Below the pieces are notes generated by a model. It saw only the letters and a program-made list of their open reading frames with translations. It searched no databases and was not told the origin of the DNA. From an uncultured Candidatus Saccharibacteria bacterium (GTDB lineage: Bacteria > Patescibacteriota > Minisyncoccia > Phycocordibacterales > JAACPR01), in assembly GCA_964630375.1 (NCBI GenBank), contig CAZVRT010000001.1:71379-135378 (forward strand): a DNA stretch of 64,000 nt, in the 5' to 3' direction. Below, piece by piece: positions 1-8,941 of the stretch. The first letter of the stretch is position 1. Every line of letters begins with the position of its first letter. Made by a program: the position numbers and the translations under genes.

Positions 1-286
1 GAAAGTTAGACCTGTTGCTGTGATTGAAATGATTGATGATGGAGAATCAGATTTCAAAATCATCGCAGTACCAGTGAAAGACCGACGATGGGAAAATGTT
101 AGAGATTTGAAAGATGTAAATTCGCATCAACTAAAAGAAATTACTCATTTCTTTGAAACATACAAAAATCTAAAAAATGATGATGCGAAACCAATTGTTG
201 AAATCAAAGGTGTTGGTGATAGCAAAGCTGCGACAGAGGCAGTTCAAAGATCAATCGACTTGTATAAAGAAAGATTCAATAAATAG
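1..286 (+). CDS. ppa: Inorganic pyrophosphatase, C-terminal part (5' end lies outside the window)
   Basis: The ORF 20..286 translation (KIIAVPVKDRRWENVRDLKDV...ITHFFETYKNL) matches the conserved C-terminal region of family I soluble pyrophosphatases. The frame is open to the window edge. Confidence 0.7.
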   Translation, partial: KVRPVAVIEMIDDGESDFKIIAVPVKDRRWENVRDLKDVNSHQLKEITHFFETYKNLKNDDAKPIVEIKGVGDSKAATEAVQRSIDLYKERFNK

Positions 287-304
287 TTTGAAATAAATTT
301 AAAT

Positions 305-336
305 AAAAAAGCCCCGCCGAAGGCGGGGCTTTTTCG
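305..336. terminator. Rho-independent terminator after ppa
   Basis: The stem GCCCCGCC/GGCGGGGC with loop GAA is followed by a T-run and preceded by an A-run, so it could act in both directions. Confidence 0.7.
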
Positions 337-354
337 TTCCACATCTGAAACGAA

Positions 355-726
355 TCAATCCATTTGTCTCTGCAAATTCTCCACCTCTCTGAAAAGCTCT
401 TTGAGCTCTGCTGATTCAGGCTCAATCTCGACAACACGTCTCATCGACCTTTTTGCCGTTGCAAAACAATCCCGACAACAGAAAGTTATTCGATTGTCAG
501 GAATAAGCAAATCCTCAAGCTCAAACAAACTCTTCAACCGCAAAGAATGAACTGCCGGCTTTGTACAAAAATCACAGCTCTTCACCGTACCCTTCACACG
601 CCGATAATCAAAGCACGCTTCTAAATTCTCTTTGCGATACATCTTTCTGAAAATCTTCAAGAAAACAGCCGTAATAACAAACAAACCAAACACGCATATC
701 TCGATAATGTATAAAGGAAAGAACAT
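355..726 (-). CDS. Hypothetical membrane-anchored protein with a Cys-rich (zinc-ribbon-like) domain
   Basis: The 123-aa ORF has an N-terminal hydrophobic helix followed by CxxC-type pairs (SCDFC, FCCRDC). No family was recognised. Confidence 0.45.
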   Translation of the reverse strand: MFFPLYIIEICVFGLFVITAVFLKIFRKMYRKENLEACFDYRRVKGTVKSCDFCTKPAVHSLRLKSLFELEDLLIPDNRITFCCRDCFATAKRSMRRVVEIEPESAELKELFREVENLQRQMD

Positions 727-818
727 AGCTAAAAATTTGGTTAATTTTCCTCACATTAAACATATTAATTAGAAAAATCAATCGTGGTAGAATATATGCA
801 TTAAAATTAAGAGGATTT

Positions 819-1268
819 ATGAAGAAATATCAAATTACAACTTTCGTATTAATAGTCTTTACCATAATCGCCGCCGTGCCTGTAGAAGCAAATGACGCTC
901 GAGCAATTTTTATCGAAGACCGAAAAGAAATATTTTCAATCAAGGTAGAAAATGTTTTCAATAAAATTGAGTTCTCTGTTTCACAACTTGATATCATTTC
1001 TGAAAAAGTAAATTCTCGAATCAACAAAATCCTTGAAGAAGACAAAGGAAGAAATCTAACTGATGCAAAAAACAAACTTGCTGAAGTAAGACAAAAAATC
1101 AGTGAAACGAAAGATGTAATAAACAACAAGAAAAACGAACTGAATATCTCTCTAAGTCTTGGCGAAGAAATTGTTTTCTCTTCAATTAAAGAGACAGTGG
1201 AAATTGTTTCACAAAACATTCAAATTATCAGATCTTCTTTAACAGAAATTATTAACTCAATCAAATAA
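819..1268 (+). CDS. Hypothetical secreted or coiled-coil protein
   Basis: The 149-aa ORF has an N-terminal signal-like hydrophobic segment (FVLIVFTIIAAVPVEA), and the rest is K/E-rich and helical. Confidence 0.45.
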   Translation: MKKYQITTFVLIVFTIIAAVPVEANDARAIFIEDRKEIFSIKVENVFNKIEFSVSQLDIISEKVNSRINKILEEDKGRNLTDAKNKLAEVRQKISETKDVINNKKNELNISLSLGEEIVFSSIKETVEIVSQNIQIIRSSLTEIINSIK

Positions 1269-1270
1269 AC

Positions 1271-1537
1271 ATGACTGAGCAAGAATCAAAAAATTTAGAT
1301 AAAGCTGGTCCACTAATTGGTTCAATAATAATCATTTTGATAATTGTTCTTGGTGCATTTTATTTATTTACACAAATCAAAGAACGAATTGAGATTCAAA
1401 ATCAAAACAAACAACAAGAAATTTCTGAGATAAATAAATCTGATGAAATTCATACTATTGAAGCAGAATTAAATTCGATGGAAATCAATTCTTTGGAAAA
1501 AGAAATGCAATCTTTGGAGGTAGAATTCAAGATTTAA
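1271..1537 (+). CDS. Hypothetical small membrane protein
   Basis: The 88-aa ORF has one TM helix (LIGSIIIILIIVLGAFYLF) and a coiled-coil tail. It starts 3 nt after the previous stop. Confidence 0.4.
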   Translation: MTEQESKNLDKAGPLIGSIIIILIIVLGAFYLFTQIKERIEIQNQNKQQEISEINKSDEIHTIEAELNSMEINSLEKEMQSLEVEFKI

Positions 1538-1571
1538 CTTTTGGGCGAGTTTGGTGTAAACTCTGCCTAAC

Positions 1572-2615
1572 ATGACAAACGACAAATATAAGATATTAAA
1601 AAGAGAGGACTTATCAGCCGGACAAATCGAAATGGAAATCGAAATTCCATTCGAAGTTTTAGAAAATTTTAGAGCAGATGCAGTGAAAGAAATTTCTAAT
1701 GAAATTGAAATTGATGGTTTCAGAAAAGGTGCTGCTCCAGAAAAAATAGTGGTGCAAAAAGTTGGAGAAATGATGGTCTTGGAAAAAACTTCTTTCCGAG
1801 CAATTTATAATGTAATCCCACTTGTGCTTGCAGCAGAAAAAATCGAAGCGCTAACTTTTCCAAATATTACTGTTACAAAAATCGCAAAAGACAATCCTGT
1901 TGTTTTCAAAATGAGCGTCGTGAGCATGCCAGAGATTTCTGTACCTGATTATAAAAAAATTGCTAAATCAGTTGAGAAAGAAAAAGAAGTTGAAGTGACT
2001 GATAAAGAAGTTGATGAATACATCGAGTACATTCGAAAACAAAGAGCTCAAGGCTTGGCGATGTCTGAAGGAAAAAAAATTGATTCTGAAAATCTAGAGC
2101 TTCCTGAATTTGATGATGAATTTGTAAAAACACTTGGAGACTTCAAAACTGTTGATGACTTTAAAACGAAGCTTAAAGAAAATATGTTGGAAGAGAAAAA
2201 GATGCGAAACACAGAAACTCACCGCATCAAAATCATCGAAGCAATAATTGAAAAAGTTTCAGATGAAATTCCTGAACCACTTATCGAACAAGAAACTGAG
2301 AGAATGTTTGGGAAGTTTAAACATGACATTGAACAGTTCAGAATGACTCCGGAAGATTATCTTGCTCAAATCAAAAAGACTGAAGAAGATTTGAAGAAAG
2401 AATGGCGAACAGATGCTGTGAAACGAGTGAAGATGAATTTGATTCTTCCGAAAATTGCAGAAGCTGAAAAAATTAAAATTGATGAAAAAGAAATTGAACA
2501 CGAACTTCATCATTTGAAAGAACATGATCCAAAGATAAATGAGTTTCATGCCAGAAGTTATATTGAAAATGTTTTGACCAATGAAGCTGTTTTCAAACTT
2601 TTAGAAACACTTTAA
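1572..2615 (+). CDS. tig: Trigger factor lacking the central PPIase domain
   Basis: The N-terminal ribosome-binding signature IDGFRKGAAP (compare GFRxGxxP) and the VTDKEVDEYIEYIRKQRAQ linker match Tig. It is only 347 aa, and the sequence runs straight from the N domain into the C-terminal arm region. Confidence 0.75.
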   Translation: MTNDKYKILKREDLSAGQIEMEIEIPFEVLENFRADAVKEISNEIEIDGFRKGAAPEKIVVQKVGEMMVLEKTSFRAIYNVIPLVLAAEKIEALTFPNITVTKIAKDNPVVFKMSVVSMPEISVPDYKKIAKSVEKEKEVEVTDKEVDEYIEYIRKQRAQGLAMSEGKKIDSENLELPEFDDEFVKTLGDFKTVDDFKTKLKENMLEEKKMRNTETHRIKIIEAIIEKVSDEIPEPLIEQETERMFGKFKHDIEQFRMTPEDYLAQIKKTEEDLKKEWRTDAVKRVKMNLILPKIAEAEKIKIDEKEIEHELHHLKEHDPKINEFHARSYIENVLTNEAVFKLLETL

Positions 2616-2626
2616 TCATAAGCATA

Positions 2627-2714
2627 AACAACCCCCGAAATTATTTCTTTTAGGAAACATCTGCAGGCCGTGAGGCCGAAGCCGTTGACTAAAAGAAATA
2701 ATTTCGGTGGTTGT
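2627..2714. repeat. Palindromic intergenic element, copy 1, probably a bidirectional terminator between tig and rsmE
   Basis: It has a 25-bp AT-rich stem (AACAACCCCCGAAATTATTTCTTTT / revcomp, 1 mismatch) and a 38-nt GC-rich loop containing CTGCAGGCCGTGAGGCCGAAGCCG. It is about 80% identical to the inverted copy at 20865-20955. Confidence 0.6.
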
Positions 2715-2801
2715 TTTTATTTTTGTGTAACAATTTTTATTTGTTTCACAAATATTAGAAACTTTTTGCAAAACAATTTACAACCGATTAACAAAACAAA
2801 T

Positions 2802-3509
2802 TTATCCAAGTAACAACACAGAGGCAATCGCGATCGATGCAGTTTCCGCGCGCAAAATATTTTTTCCAAGAGAAACATATTGCACATCTCTTCGAGAAAA
2901 AATTTCTTTGTCTCTTTCGTCCCATCCACCTTCAGGTCCAACAAAAATTGCAACACTTCCAGTTTCACGAATTTTTTCTAAATCAATTTTCGGTGCATCA
3001 ATATCCAAAATTATTGGAGTCGTCTCTGCAACTTTCATCGCAACAGAAAGTTTTATAGGTTCATCAAGAAAAGGTAAATCAGTTCTTCCAGATTGCTCTG
3101 CCGCTTCTCTCACAATCTTATCCGCACGATCCATGTTCAGTCTATTTTTTTCTGTTCTCGCAGAAATTATCGGAGTGATTCTTGTGACACCGATCTCAGT
3201 TGCCTTCTGAAGAACCCATTCAAATTTATCTTTCTTAATAATCGAAGCAAAAAGATGCACTTCAATTTTTTGCCCGTCATTTCGTTTTTCATTTTTCTTC
3301 ACTTTCTCTTTCAAGATAGTCACATCTTTTTTTGAAATATTTTCTACTTGTCCTAAAAACTCTATTCCACTTCCGTCCAAAAGAGCAACTTTTTCTCCTC
3401 CTGAAAATCTCAAAACTGATCGCATTTGATGCACGATTTTTTCATCGGTAATTTTTACTTTTTCTCTATCACCAATTTTGTTTTTCAAAAAAAATCTATG
3501 AATTTTCAT
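2802..3509 (-). CDS. rsmE: 16S rRNA (uracil1498-N3)-methyltransferase
   Basis: The sequence MKIHRFFL... and the C-terminal IFVGPEGGWDERD / LGKNILRAETA motifs are typical of RsmE. The start is placed at the internal Met of the 2802..3584 ORF. Confidence 0.75.
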   Translation of the reverse strand: MKIHRFFLKNKIGDREKVKITDEKIVHQMRSVLRFSGGEKVALLDGSGIEFLGQVENISKKDVTILKEKVKKNEKRNDGQKIEVHLFASIIKKDKFEWVLQKATEIGVTRITPIISARTEKNRLNMDRADKIVREAAEQSGRTDLPFLDEPIKLSVAMKVAETTPIILDIDAPKIDLEKIRETGSVAIFVGPEGGWDERDKEIFSRRDVQYVSLGKNILRAETASIAIASVLLLG

Positions 3510-3584
3510 TTTGTTATTTTTAGAATTTGTAAGCAAATTTAATTTTATAAATAAAAAGTGGAGAAATTTCTCCACACACAACAA

Positions 3585-4082
3585 TCACAACCAATGCCAA
3601 GGAACAAGAGAAACATCCTCCCGTCCAAAATTTTTGGAAGCAACAATGTGAAAATTCACACAGCGACTCTCAACATCCTCGACCAACACAACCCGAGAGA
3701 AGTGCATTCCTTTGTTCCTCATCAGCGCAAAAGCCCTGTCAATTTTTCCATTGATTCGCTTTTCGGGATTCAAATCAAAATTGCATTCTTGAAAAAACTC
3801 TCCCGCCTCATAGGCAAAAAAGCTCTCATGAAAACCTTCGCCCGGAATCGAAATGTAGATGACTCCGTCATTCCTCAAAACCCATTTCATCTGAGATCTG
3901 AGAATAATAGGAGTCAAGAATTTTCGAACATGTTCCTCACAGTTTTCATAGTGAATGAAAACAAAGAAATCGTCTGAGAGATTTTCAGCCTCTCGAGCAA
4001 TGTCAGCTGCATGCAACATACTGTCGCCAACTTTTACTGAAATTTGTCCCTCTCCTTTTTTTGAAGCAGTTGTCAATTTCAT
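3585..4082 (-). CDS. Hypothetical protein
   Basis: The 165-aa ORF is clean but no family was recognised. It is co-directional with rsmE and immediately upstream of it. Confidence 0.45.
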   Translation of the reverse strand: MKLTTASKKGEGQISVKVGDSMLHAADIAREAENLSDDFFVFIHYENCEEHVRKFLTPIILRSQMKWVLRNDGVIYISIPGEGFHESFFAYEAGEFFQECNFDLNPEKRINGKIDRAFALMRNKGMHFSRVVLVEDVESRCVNFHIVASKNFGREDVSLVPWHWL

Positions 4083-4185
4083 TTTCTATTTTCCTTTTGT
4101 TGAAGTTGAAACCAAATTTAAATGATCTTTATAAAGCAGATTACAATAAATTTATATTTTGTCAAAATAAAAAAATCTGTTATAC

Positions 4186-4770
4186 TTGTGTCCTATGATA
4201 ATCCCAACAGTAATCGACAAAAGCCAATTCGGCGAAAGAGCATACGACATTTATTCACGACTTTTAAAAGAAAATATTATTTTCGTTGGAGGAGTAATTG
4301 ATGACTACATGGCAAACCTAATCGTCGCTCAACTTCTTTTCCTTCAATCAGAAGATCCAAAGAAAGAAGTGAAACTTTATATCAACTCTCCAGGCGGTTC
4401 TGTGACAGCTGGTCTTGCAATCATCGACACGATGAATCACATAAAAAATCCTATCGCCACAGTTTGCGTCGGTATCGCAGCTTCTATGGGTGCCGTAATT
4501 CTTGCCTCAGGTGAAAAAGGAAAAAGATTTGCTTTGCCAAACTCTGAAATAATGATTCACCAACCAATGGGCGGAGTTGAAGGACAAGCTTCCGACATTG
4601 CCATCAGCGCAAAGCACATTCTAAAAACTCGAGACACACTATACAAAATTCTTGCTGAAGCTTCAGGAAAAACTCCCGCACAAATCGAAAAAGACTCCGA
4701 CCGAGACTACTTTATGTCTGCTGAGGAGGCGAAGAAATACGGATTGGTTGATAAGGTTTTGGGGAAATAA
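4186..4770 (+). CDS. clpP: ATP-dependent Clp protease proteolytic subunit
   Basis: The motifs [10 protein letters not shown]...[17 protein letters not shown]...[11 protein letters not shown]...MIHQPMGG, including the Ser-His catalytic context, are a strong ClpP signature. The start may be at 4195. Confidence 0.9.
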   Translation: MCPMIIPTVIDKSQFGERAYDIYSRLLKENIIFVGGVIDDYMANLIVAQLLFLQSEDPKKEVKLYINSPGGSVTAGLAIIDTMNHIKNPIATVCVGIAASMGAVILASGEKGKRFALPNSEIMIHQPMGGVEGQASDIAISAKHILKTRDTLYKILAEASGKTPAQIEKDSDRDYFMSAEEAKKYGLVDKVLGK

Positions 4771-4794
4771 GTACCCATTGACATTTTTAATAAA

Positions 4795-5122
4795 AAGGTT
4801 AAAGTATTTACAGACTAACGCACATTAGTTTTTTGAGGGTGAAAATTTTTGGACCAAGGCGGTTCAAAAAATCCCCCTCCCTACAGCCCAACCTCCCTTG
4901 AGTAGATAGTGGTTCTCTAAACGCTGCTACGAAGATTATTTCAAATTACTGCTCTCTTGCTCACACGTACAATGAAAATTGCACGTAATAGCAGAATTTG
5001 AAATAGTGCATTGCACTTCTTCTCCGAAAAAAGGAAAACAATTGGGCCAGGCTTAGGAGCCACCCCAGATTCCCCCGCTCACCATGGCGGAGAAAGAAAT
5101 CGGGAGGTTGGGCTCCTTTTTT
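4795..5122 (+). ncRNA. Candidate structured RNA with weak RNase P RNA-like motifs, ending in a terminator hairpin
   Basis: This is a 330-bp non-coding gap with locally elevated GC. A stem GGAGCCACCCC...GGGAGGTTGGGCTCC followed by TTTTTT ends at 5122. The motifs GAGGGTGAAAA (4835-4845, compare CR-II AGGGUGAAA) and ACAATTGGGCCAGGCTTA (5039-5056, compare P4 ACAGAAnCCGGCUUA) occur in the right order. rnpA is present in the window, so an rnpB gene is expected somewhere in this genome. Confidence 0.25.
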
Positions 5123-5178
5123 CTTTTATTTTACTTTTCCTTGCAAAAGCTGGCTCGTTTCTCTATTATGAGGTCGCA

Positions 5179-6654
5179 ATGTCACTACTTATAGCATTAA
5201 TCATAGCAATAGCTGCAGGACTATCCGGAATTGCCCTTGGATGGTTTTTGCGTTTCATAATCTCACTTGGAAAGCGTGGCTCAATGGAGCTGGAAATCAA
5301 AGAAATGCTTATCTCCGCCAGAGAAGAAGCTGAGAAAATCCGTAAAGAAGCTGAAGAAAAAGCTAAAAAAACCGAAGAGCGACTAATAAATAAAGAAAGT
5401 TACCTAGACAAGAGACAGGTGGATTTGGACGAAATTGCCGAAGAATTAAAAAGCAAAGAAGCAGAAATCGAAGAAACTGAAGAAAAAATTAAAGAGCTTG
5501 AAAAAAAGAAGTTAGAATCTCTTGAAAAAATTTCTGAAATTACAAAAGAAGATGCCAAAAAAGAACTTTTAGAGACACTGGAGAAAGAACAATCTGAAGA
5601 CATAATGGTTCGCCTGCAAAAACTAGATATTTCTGGAAAAGAAAAGATTGAAGCAAAAGCACGTGAAATTTTAACTTCTGCAATTCAAAGATATGGAAAC
5701 TCAGTCGCAGCGGATGTTTTTTCTAGTATTGTAAATCTTCCATCAGATGAAATTAAAGGAAAGATTATCGGAAAAGAAGGAAGAAACATTAAAAGTTTTG
5801 AACAAGCAACAGGAGTGGAACTTATAATTGACGACACACCTTCTATTATTACAATTTCATCTTTTGATCCGGTTCGTCGAGAAATTGCAAAAAATGCATT
5901 GGAACAATTGTTTCAAGACGGGAGAATTCAACCTGCAAAAATTGAAGAGTGTGTAGAAAAAGCTAAAAAAACAATTAACAAAATAGTAAAAGAAAAAGGA
6001 GAGCAAGCAGCGTACGAATGTGGAGTGTTTAATTTAGATCCGCGAATTATTGGGATTTTAGGTCGTCTGCATTTCAGAACAAGTTATGGGCAAAATGTTT
6101 TGCAACACTCAATAGAAATGTCTCACATCGCAGGAATGATTGCTGAAGAACTTGGTGTAAATGTAAGAGTGGCAAAAGCTGGTGCTTTGTTGCACGACAT
6201 CGGAAAAGCAGTTGATCATGAAATTCCTGGTACACATGTAGAAATTGGACGAAGAATTTTGCAAAAATTTGGGGCAGATGAAGAAGTTGTGAAAGCAATG
6301 CAGGCTCATCACGAAGAATATCCGTACGAAACACCGGAATCTATAATAGTACAAGTAGCTGATGCAATTTCAGGAGGAAGACCTGGTGCACGTCGAGATA
6401 ACACTGAAAATTACTTGAAACGACTTAATGATTTAGAATCAATCGCAAATGGATTTAAAGGAGTTGAAAAATCATACGCATTACAAGCTGGCCGTGAAAT
6501 AAGAATTTTTGTAAACCCAGAAGAAATTTCTGATTTAGAAGCTAGAAATTTAGCTAGAGATATTGCTTTAAAAATTGAAAAAGATTTGAAATATCCCGGT
6601 GAAATTAAAGTTACTGTTATTCGTGAAAATCGAGTTATTGAGGTCGCGAGATAA
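5179..6654 (+). CDS. rny: Ribonuclease Y
   Basis: It has an N-terminal TM helix, a long coiled coil, a KH domain (IIGKEGRNIKSFEQATGV) and an HD domain (LLHDIGKA...HH). The start is at the internal Met, because the upstream extension is GC-rich and non-protein-like. Confidence 0.85.
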   Translation: MSLLIALIIAIAAGLSGIALGWFLRFIISLGKRGSMELEIKEMLISAREEAEKIRKEAEEKAKKTEERLINKESYLDKRQVDLDEIAEELKSKEAEIEETEEKIKELEKKKLESLEKISEITKEDAKKELLETLEKEQSEDIMVRLQKLDISGKEKIEAKAREILTSAIQRYGNSVAADVFSSIVNLPSDEIKGKIIGKEGRNIKSFEQATGVELIIDDTPSIITISSFDPVRREIAKNALEQLFQDGRIQPAKIEECVEKAKKTINKIVKEKGEQAAYECGVFNLDPRIIGILGRLHFRTSYGQNVLQHSIEMSHIAGMIAEELGVNVRVAKAGALLHDIGKAVDHEIPGTHVEIGRRILQKFGADEEVVKAMQAHHEEYPYETPESIIVQVADAISGGRPGARRDNTENYLKRLNDLESIANGFKGVEKSYALQAGREIRIFVNPEEISDLEARNLARDIALKIEKDLKYPGEIKVTVIRENRVIEVAR

Positions 6655-6760
6655 ATTTTTGATAAAACTCTAAGTTGACTTTCTAATTTTAATTTGCAAC
6701 ACTTACAGAGTACCAAGACGAAAAAGGTTCCGAAAAGTGCGAGTGCTTTAGGACCCTTTT

Positions 6761-7249
6761 TCATTTATGCTCAATATAGGACTTAATATTATCTAAATAA
6801 TCATATTTTCTTGATCTCAGTTTTTTATATAAAGAAGACGCGAATTTTTTATTTGGAAACAAAATTTTGCAAAACCTGTCTTTTTTCAATAAAAAATTAA
6901 CCAGGTCAAAATAATCTCCATCTCCAGAAACTAAGATAATTTGATTAAAATCATTATTTTCAAGTAAATTTTTCATTACACGAAAAATAATATCTGAATC
7001 GACGTTCCCTTTTTTAGAAGAGTCAGAATTAAAGTGATGTTTTTTAAATATTAAAATAAATCCAGCTTCTTGTAACTTTTCATAAAGTCTCTGTCTGTTT
7101 TCTGAAAAATAACCCATAAAATAATAAGCATTTTCAACCTTATATTTATCTTTTAAGTAAATGCGGAATTTCTTATGGTCAACTTTCCAATTATTTCTAA
7201 TCGTTCCCATATATAAATTCTGTCCATCAATAAATGCTAGATTTTTCAA
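6761..7249 (-). CDS. NYN-domain (LabA-like, PIN-like) protein
   Basis: The motifs AFIDGQNLY...ILVSGDGDY are the NYN/LabA signature. A paralog lies at 21009..21548. Confidence 0.65.
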   Translation of the reverse strand: MKNLAFIDGQNLYMGTIRNNWKVDHKKFRIYLKDKYKVENAYYFMGYFSENRQRLYEKLQEAGFILIFKKHHFNSDSSKKGNVDSDIIFRVMKNLLENNDFNQIILVSGDGDYFDLVNFLLKKDRFCKILFPNKKFASSLYKKLRSRKYDYLDNIKSYIEHK

Positions 7250-7315
7250 ATTGCAGACAAAATATCACACCAATCCTTAATTTTTGATAAAGAAAAAATG
7301 AAGTTTAAAAATATT

Positions 7316-7345
7316 TGACAGAGATTTATAAAAATTGTTTATTTT
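7316..7345 (+). promoter_or_regulatory. Putative sigma70-like promoter for hup
   Basis: TTGACA at 7316 is followed by an AT-rich -10-like TATAAAA/TTTATT about 17 nt downstream, roughly 120 nt upstream of the hup ATG. This is weak evidence. Confidence 0.25.
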
Positions 7346-7460
7346 TTGGCTTATTGCTATAAAAGCCTTGTTTTATATAATTATTTCCAGCTTAATAACA
7401 AGATCGTTTTAAGCGGTTATCGGTTAACAGCCCGCTTCGGCGGTTTGATAATACCAAAAT

Positions 7461-7733
7461 ATGAATAAAGCAGCACTTGTCGAAAAAGTACAAGAAGTAC
7501 TTGGAGGCACAAAAGTAGAAGCAGAAAGAGTTGTTGATACAATTTTTGACTCAATTACTAAAGCATTGAAATCAGGAAACGAAGTTTCAATTGCAGGATT
7601 TGGTATTTTTGAAGCAAAAACAAGAGCAGCTCGAACAGCTAGAAACCCAAGAACAGGTGAATCTATCAAAGTACCGGCTATGAAAACTCCAAAGTTTCGA
7701 GCAGCAAAGGCTTTGAAAGAAGCTGTAAAATAG
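7461..7733 (+). CDS. hup: HU family DNA-binding protein
   Basis: The motifs GFGIFEAKTRAARTARNPRTGESIKVPA are the HU arm signature. The protein is 90 aa. Confidence 0.9.
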   Translation: MNKAALVEKVQEVLGGTKVEAERVVDTIFDSITKALKSGNEVSIAGFGIFEAKTRAARTARNPRTGESIKVPAMKTPKFRAAKALKEAVK

Positions 7734-7774
7734 TTCAAAATTTTAGTTAAATTTTAAGTTACTAAATTTAACAA

Positions 7775-7805
7775 GCAAAAAGCCGGCTTCGCCGGCTTTT
7801 TGCTT
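7775..7805. terminator. Rho-independent terminator after hup
   Basis: AGCCGGCTTCGCCGGCT is followed by TTTTTGCTTT. Confidence 0.65.
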
Positions 7806-7809
7806 TCTC

Positions 7810-8733
7810 CTACTCAATACCTTTAGCAGAAAAATATAACCTTCCGGTAATTTCTGGAGTCTGCTTACTTTCAATGAAAAGACGAGCGTTAGGATTGAAT
7901 TTAGAAGCGAAATCAAGAGCAATCTTGTGTTTTTCAATAAACTTCTCATCAGCTTCTCGCGGAGCATAGAGATGCACAACCCTGAGATAGTCTCCTAACT
8001 CTCTGAACCACGGCTCTAATATTTCTATAAAATTTTCATGAGCAGCAGCATGCAATGCATGATTGACATCTAGAGTTGCACCCACATAATCTTTTACCAC
8101 ATCAGGATTAACTCCTTTTTCAACAGCCTTCTTTTCTATTTCCCTCAAAAGGAGCAGGACGTCTTCGATTTTCTGCCCCCACGCCCCATCTTCTCCTTTC
8201 GTTGGCATATTTTCTATCGCAACACTAAACTTAATACCATCATCAAAAGATTTCTTGATTGCTTGAGCAAGGATATCGACGTAATTAGAAATTATCTTTT
8301 CTTTTGTTTCTAACGGAAGCTCTTCAAACACCTTCTGATTAACAGAAGGCGGATGAATGGTGTACGATTCACTTGAAAGATATTGAGCGACCTGAAGTTG
8401 TTTTTCTATTTTCTCCTTATTTTTAATCTCCAAGGTTTGCTCATCAATCTTTGGAGTATCACCATGAATTGAAAATCTAACGTCAGGATAACGCTCTCGG
8501 TAAGCAAGTAAGGCTTCTTCGGATTGTTCAATTTCTTCTGTCTCTCTGTTCCTAAAATCAAATTGAATTGTCGCAACATTCATTTCTTCCGCAATTCTAA
8601 TCTGGCTTTCAATAGACGCCGTTCCTCCCATTTTTTGTTTAGCAGAAAAAGCAATTCCTAATTCTTCTTTCAATTCTTCACGACGTTCATTTTTCAATGT
8701 TTCTACACCGTTTTCTGGTTGTTCGAAAGACAT
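7810..8733 (-). CDS. Xylose isomerase-like TIM-barrel protein (sugar-phosphate isomerase/epimerase or endonuclease IV-like family)
   Basis: It has metal-ligand-like motifs HGD, DVNHAL and HLY spaced along a roughly 300-aa protein. Assignment is at family level only. Confidence 0.5.
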   Translation of the reverse strand: MSFEQPENGVETLKNERREELKEELGIAFSAKQKMGGTASIESQIRIAEEMNVATIQFDFRNRETEEIEQSEEALLAYRERYPDVRFSIHGDTPKIDEQTLEIKNKEKIEKQLQVAQYLSSESYTIHPPSVNQKVFEELPLETKEKIISNYVDILAQAIKKSFDDGIKFSVAIENMPTKGEDGAWGQKIEDVLLLLREIEKKAVEKGVNPDVVKDYVGATLDVNHALHAAAHENFIEILEPWFRELGDYLRVVHLYAPREADEKFIEKHKIALDFASKFNPNARLFIESKQTPEITGRLYFSAKGIE

Positions 8734-8774
8734 AATTAGATATTATATACTTTTTCTAGATCTCTCTAAAGTGT

Positions 8775-8844
8775 GCGGGTAAGGGGAATCGAACTCCTAT
8801 CTACTGCTTGGAAGGCAGTCATTCTACCATTAAACTATACCCGC
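8775..8844 (-). tRNA. tRNA-Gly (anticodon UCC)
   Basis: The reverse-complement folds as a cloverleaf with acceptor GCGGGTA/TACCCGC, anticodon stem ACTGC/GCAGT with loop CTTCCAA, and T-arm AGGAG-TTCGATT-CCCCT. CCA is not encoded. Confidence 0.7.
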
Positions 8845-8941
8845 ATGAACGAAGATGACTCAACCAACTAATGATTTAATCGCTTTTTCGTTGTAGTATG
8901 AGATTATCAAATTATAATAAAAATCGCAATAATTTAATCAC

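Noticed and set aside
830-1219. 129-aa minus-strand ORF
   Set aside because: It is fully antisense to the 819-1268 signal-peptide protein, and the plus-strand frame has the better start context and composition.
2259-2549. 96-aa minus-strand ORF inside tig
   Set aside because: It is an antisense, low-complexity translation inside a high-confidence gene.
4795-5122. tmRNA interpretation of the rny-upstream RNA candidate
   Set aside because: There is no tRNA-like T-arm (GGGGG-TTCGAAT-CCCCC context) next to an ACCA end, no GGGG...GATTCGAC 5' motif, and no tag reading frame ending in ...AA-stop on either strand.
5011-5178. N-terminal extension of rny from a TTG start
   Set aside because: The extension is GC-rich and G/P-rich and overlaps the terminator hairpin of the upstream candidate RNA. 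The internal Met at 5179 starts directly with the RNase Y TM helix.
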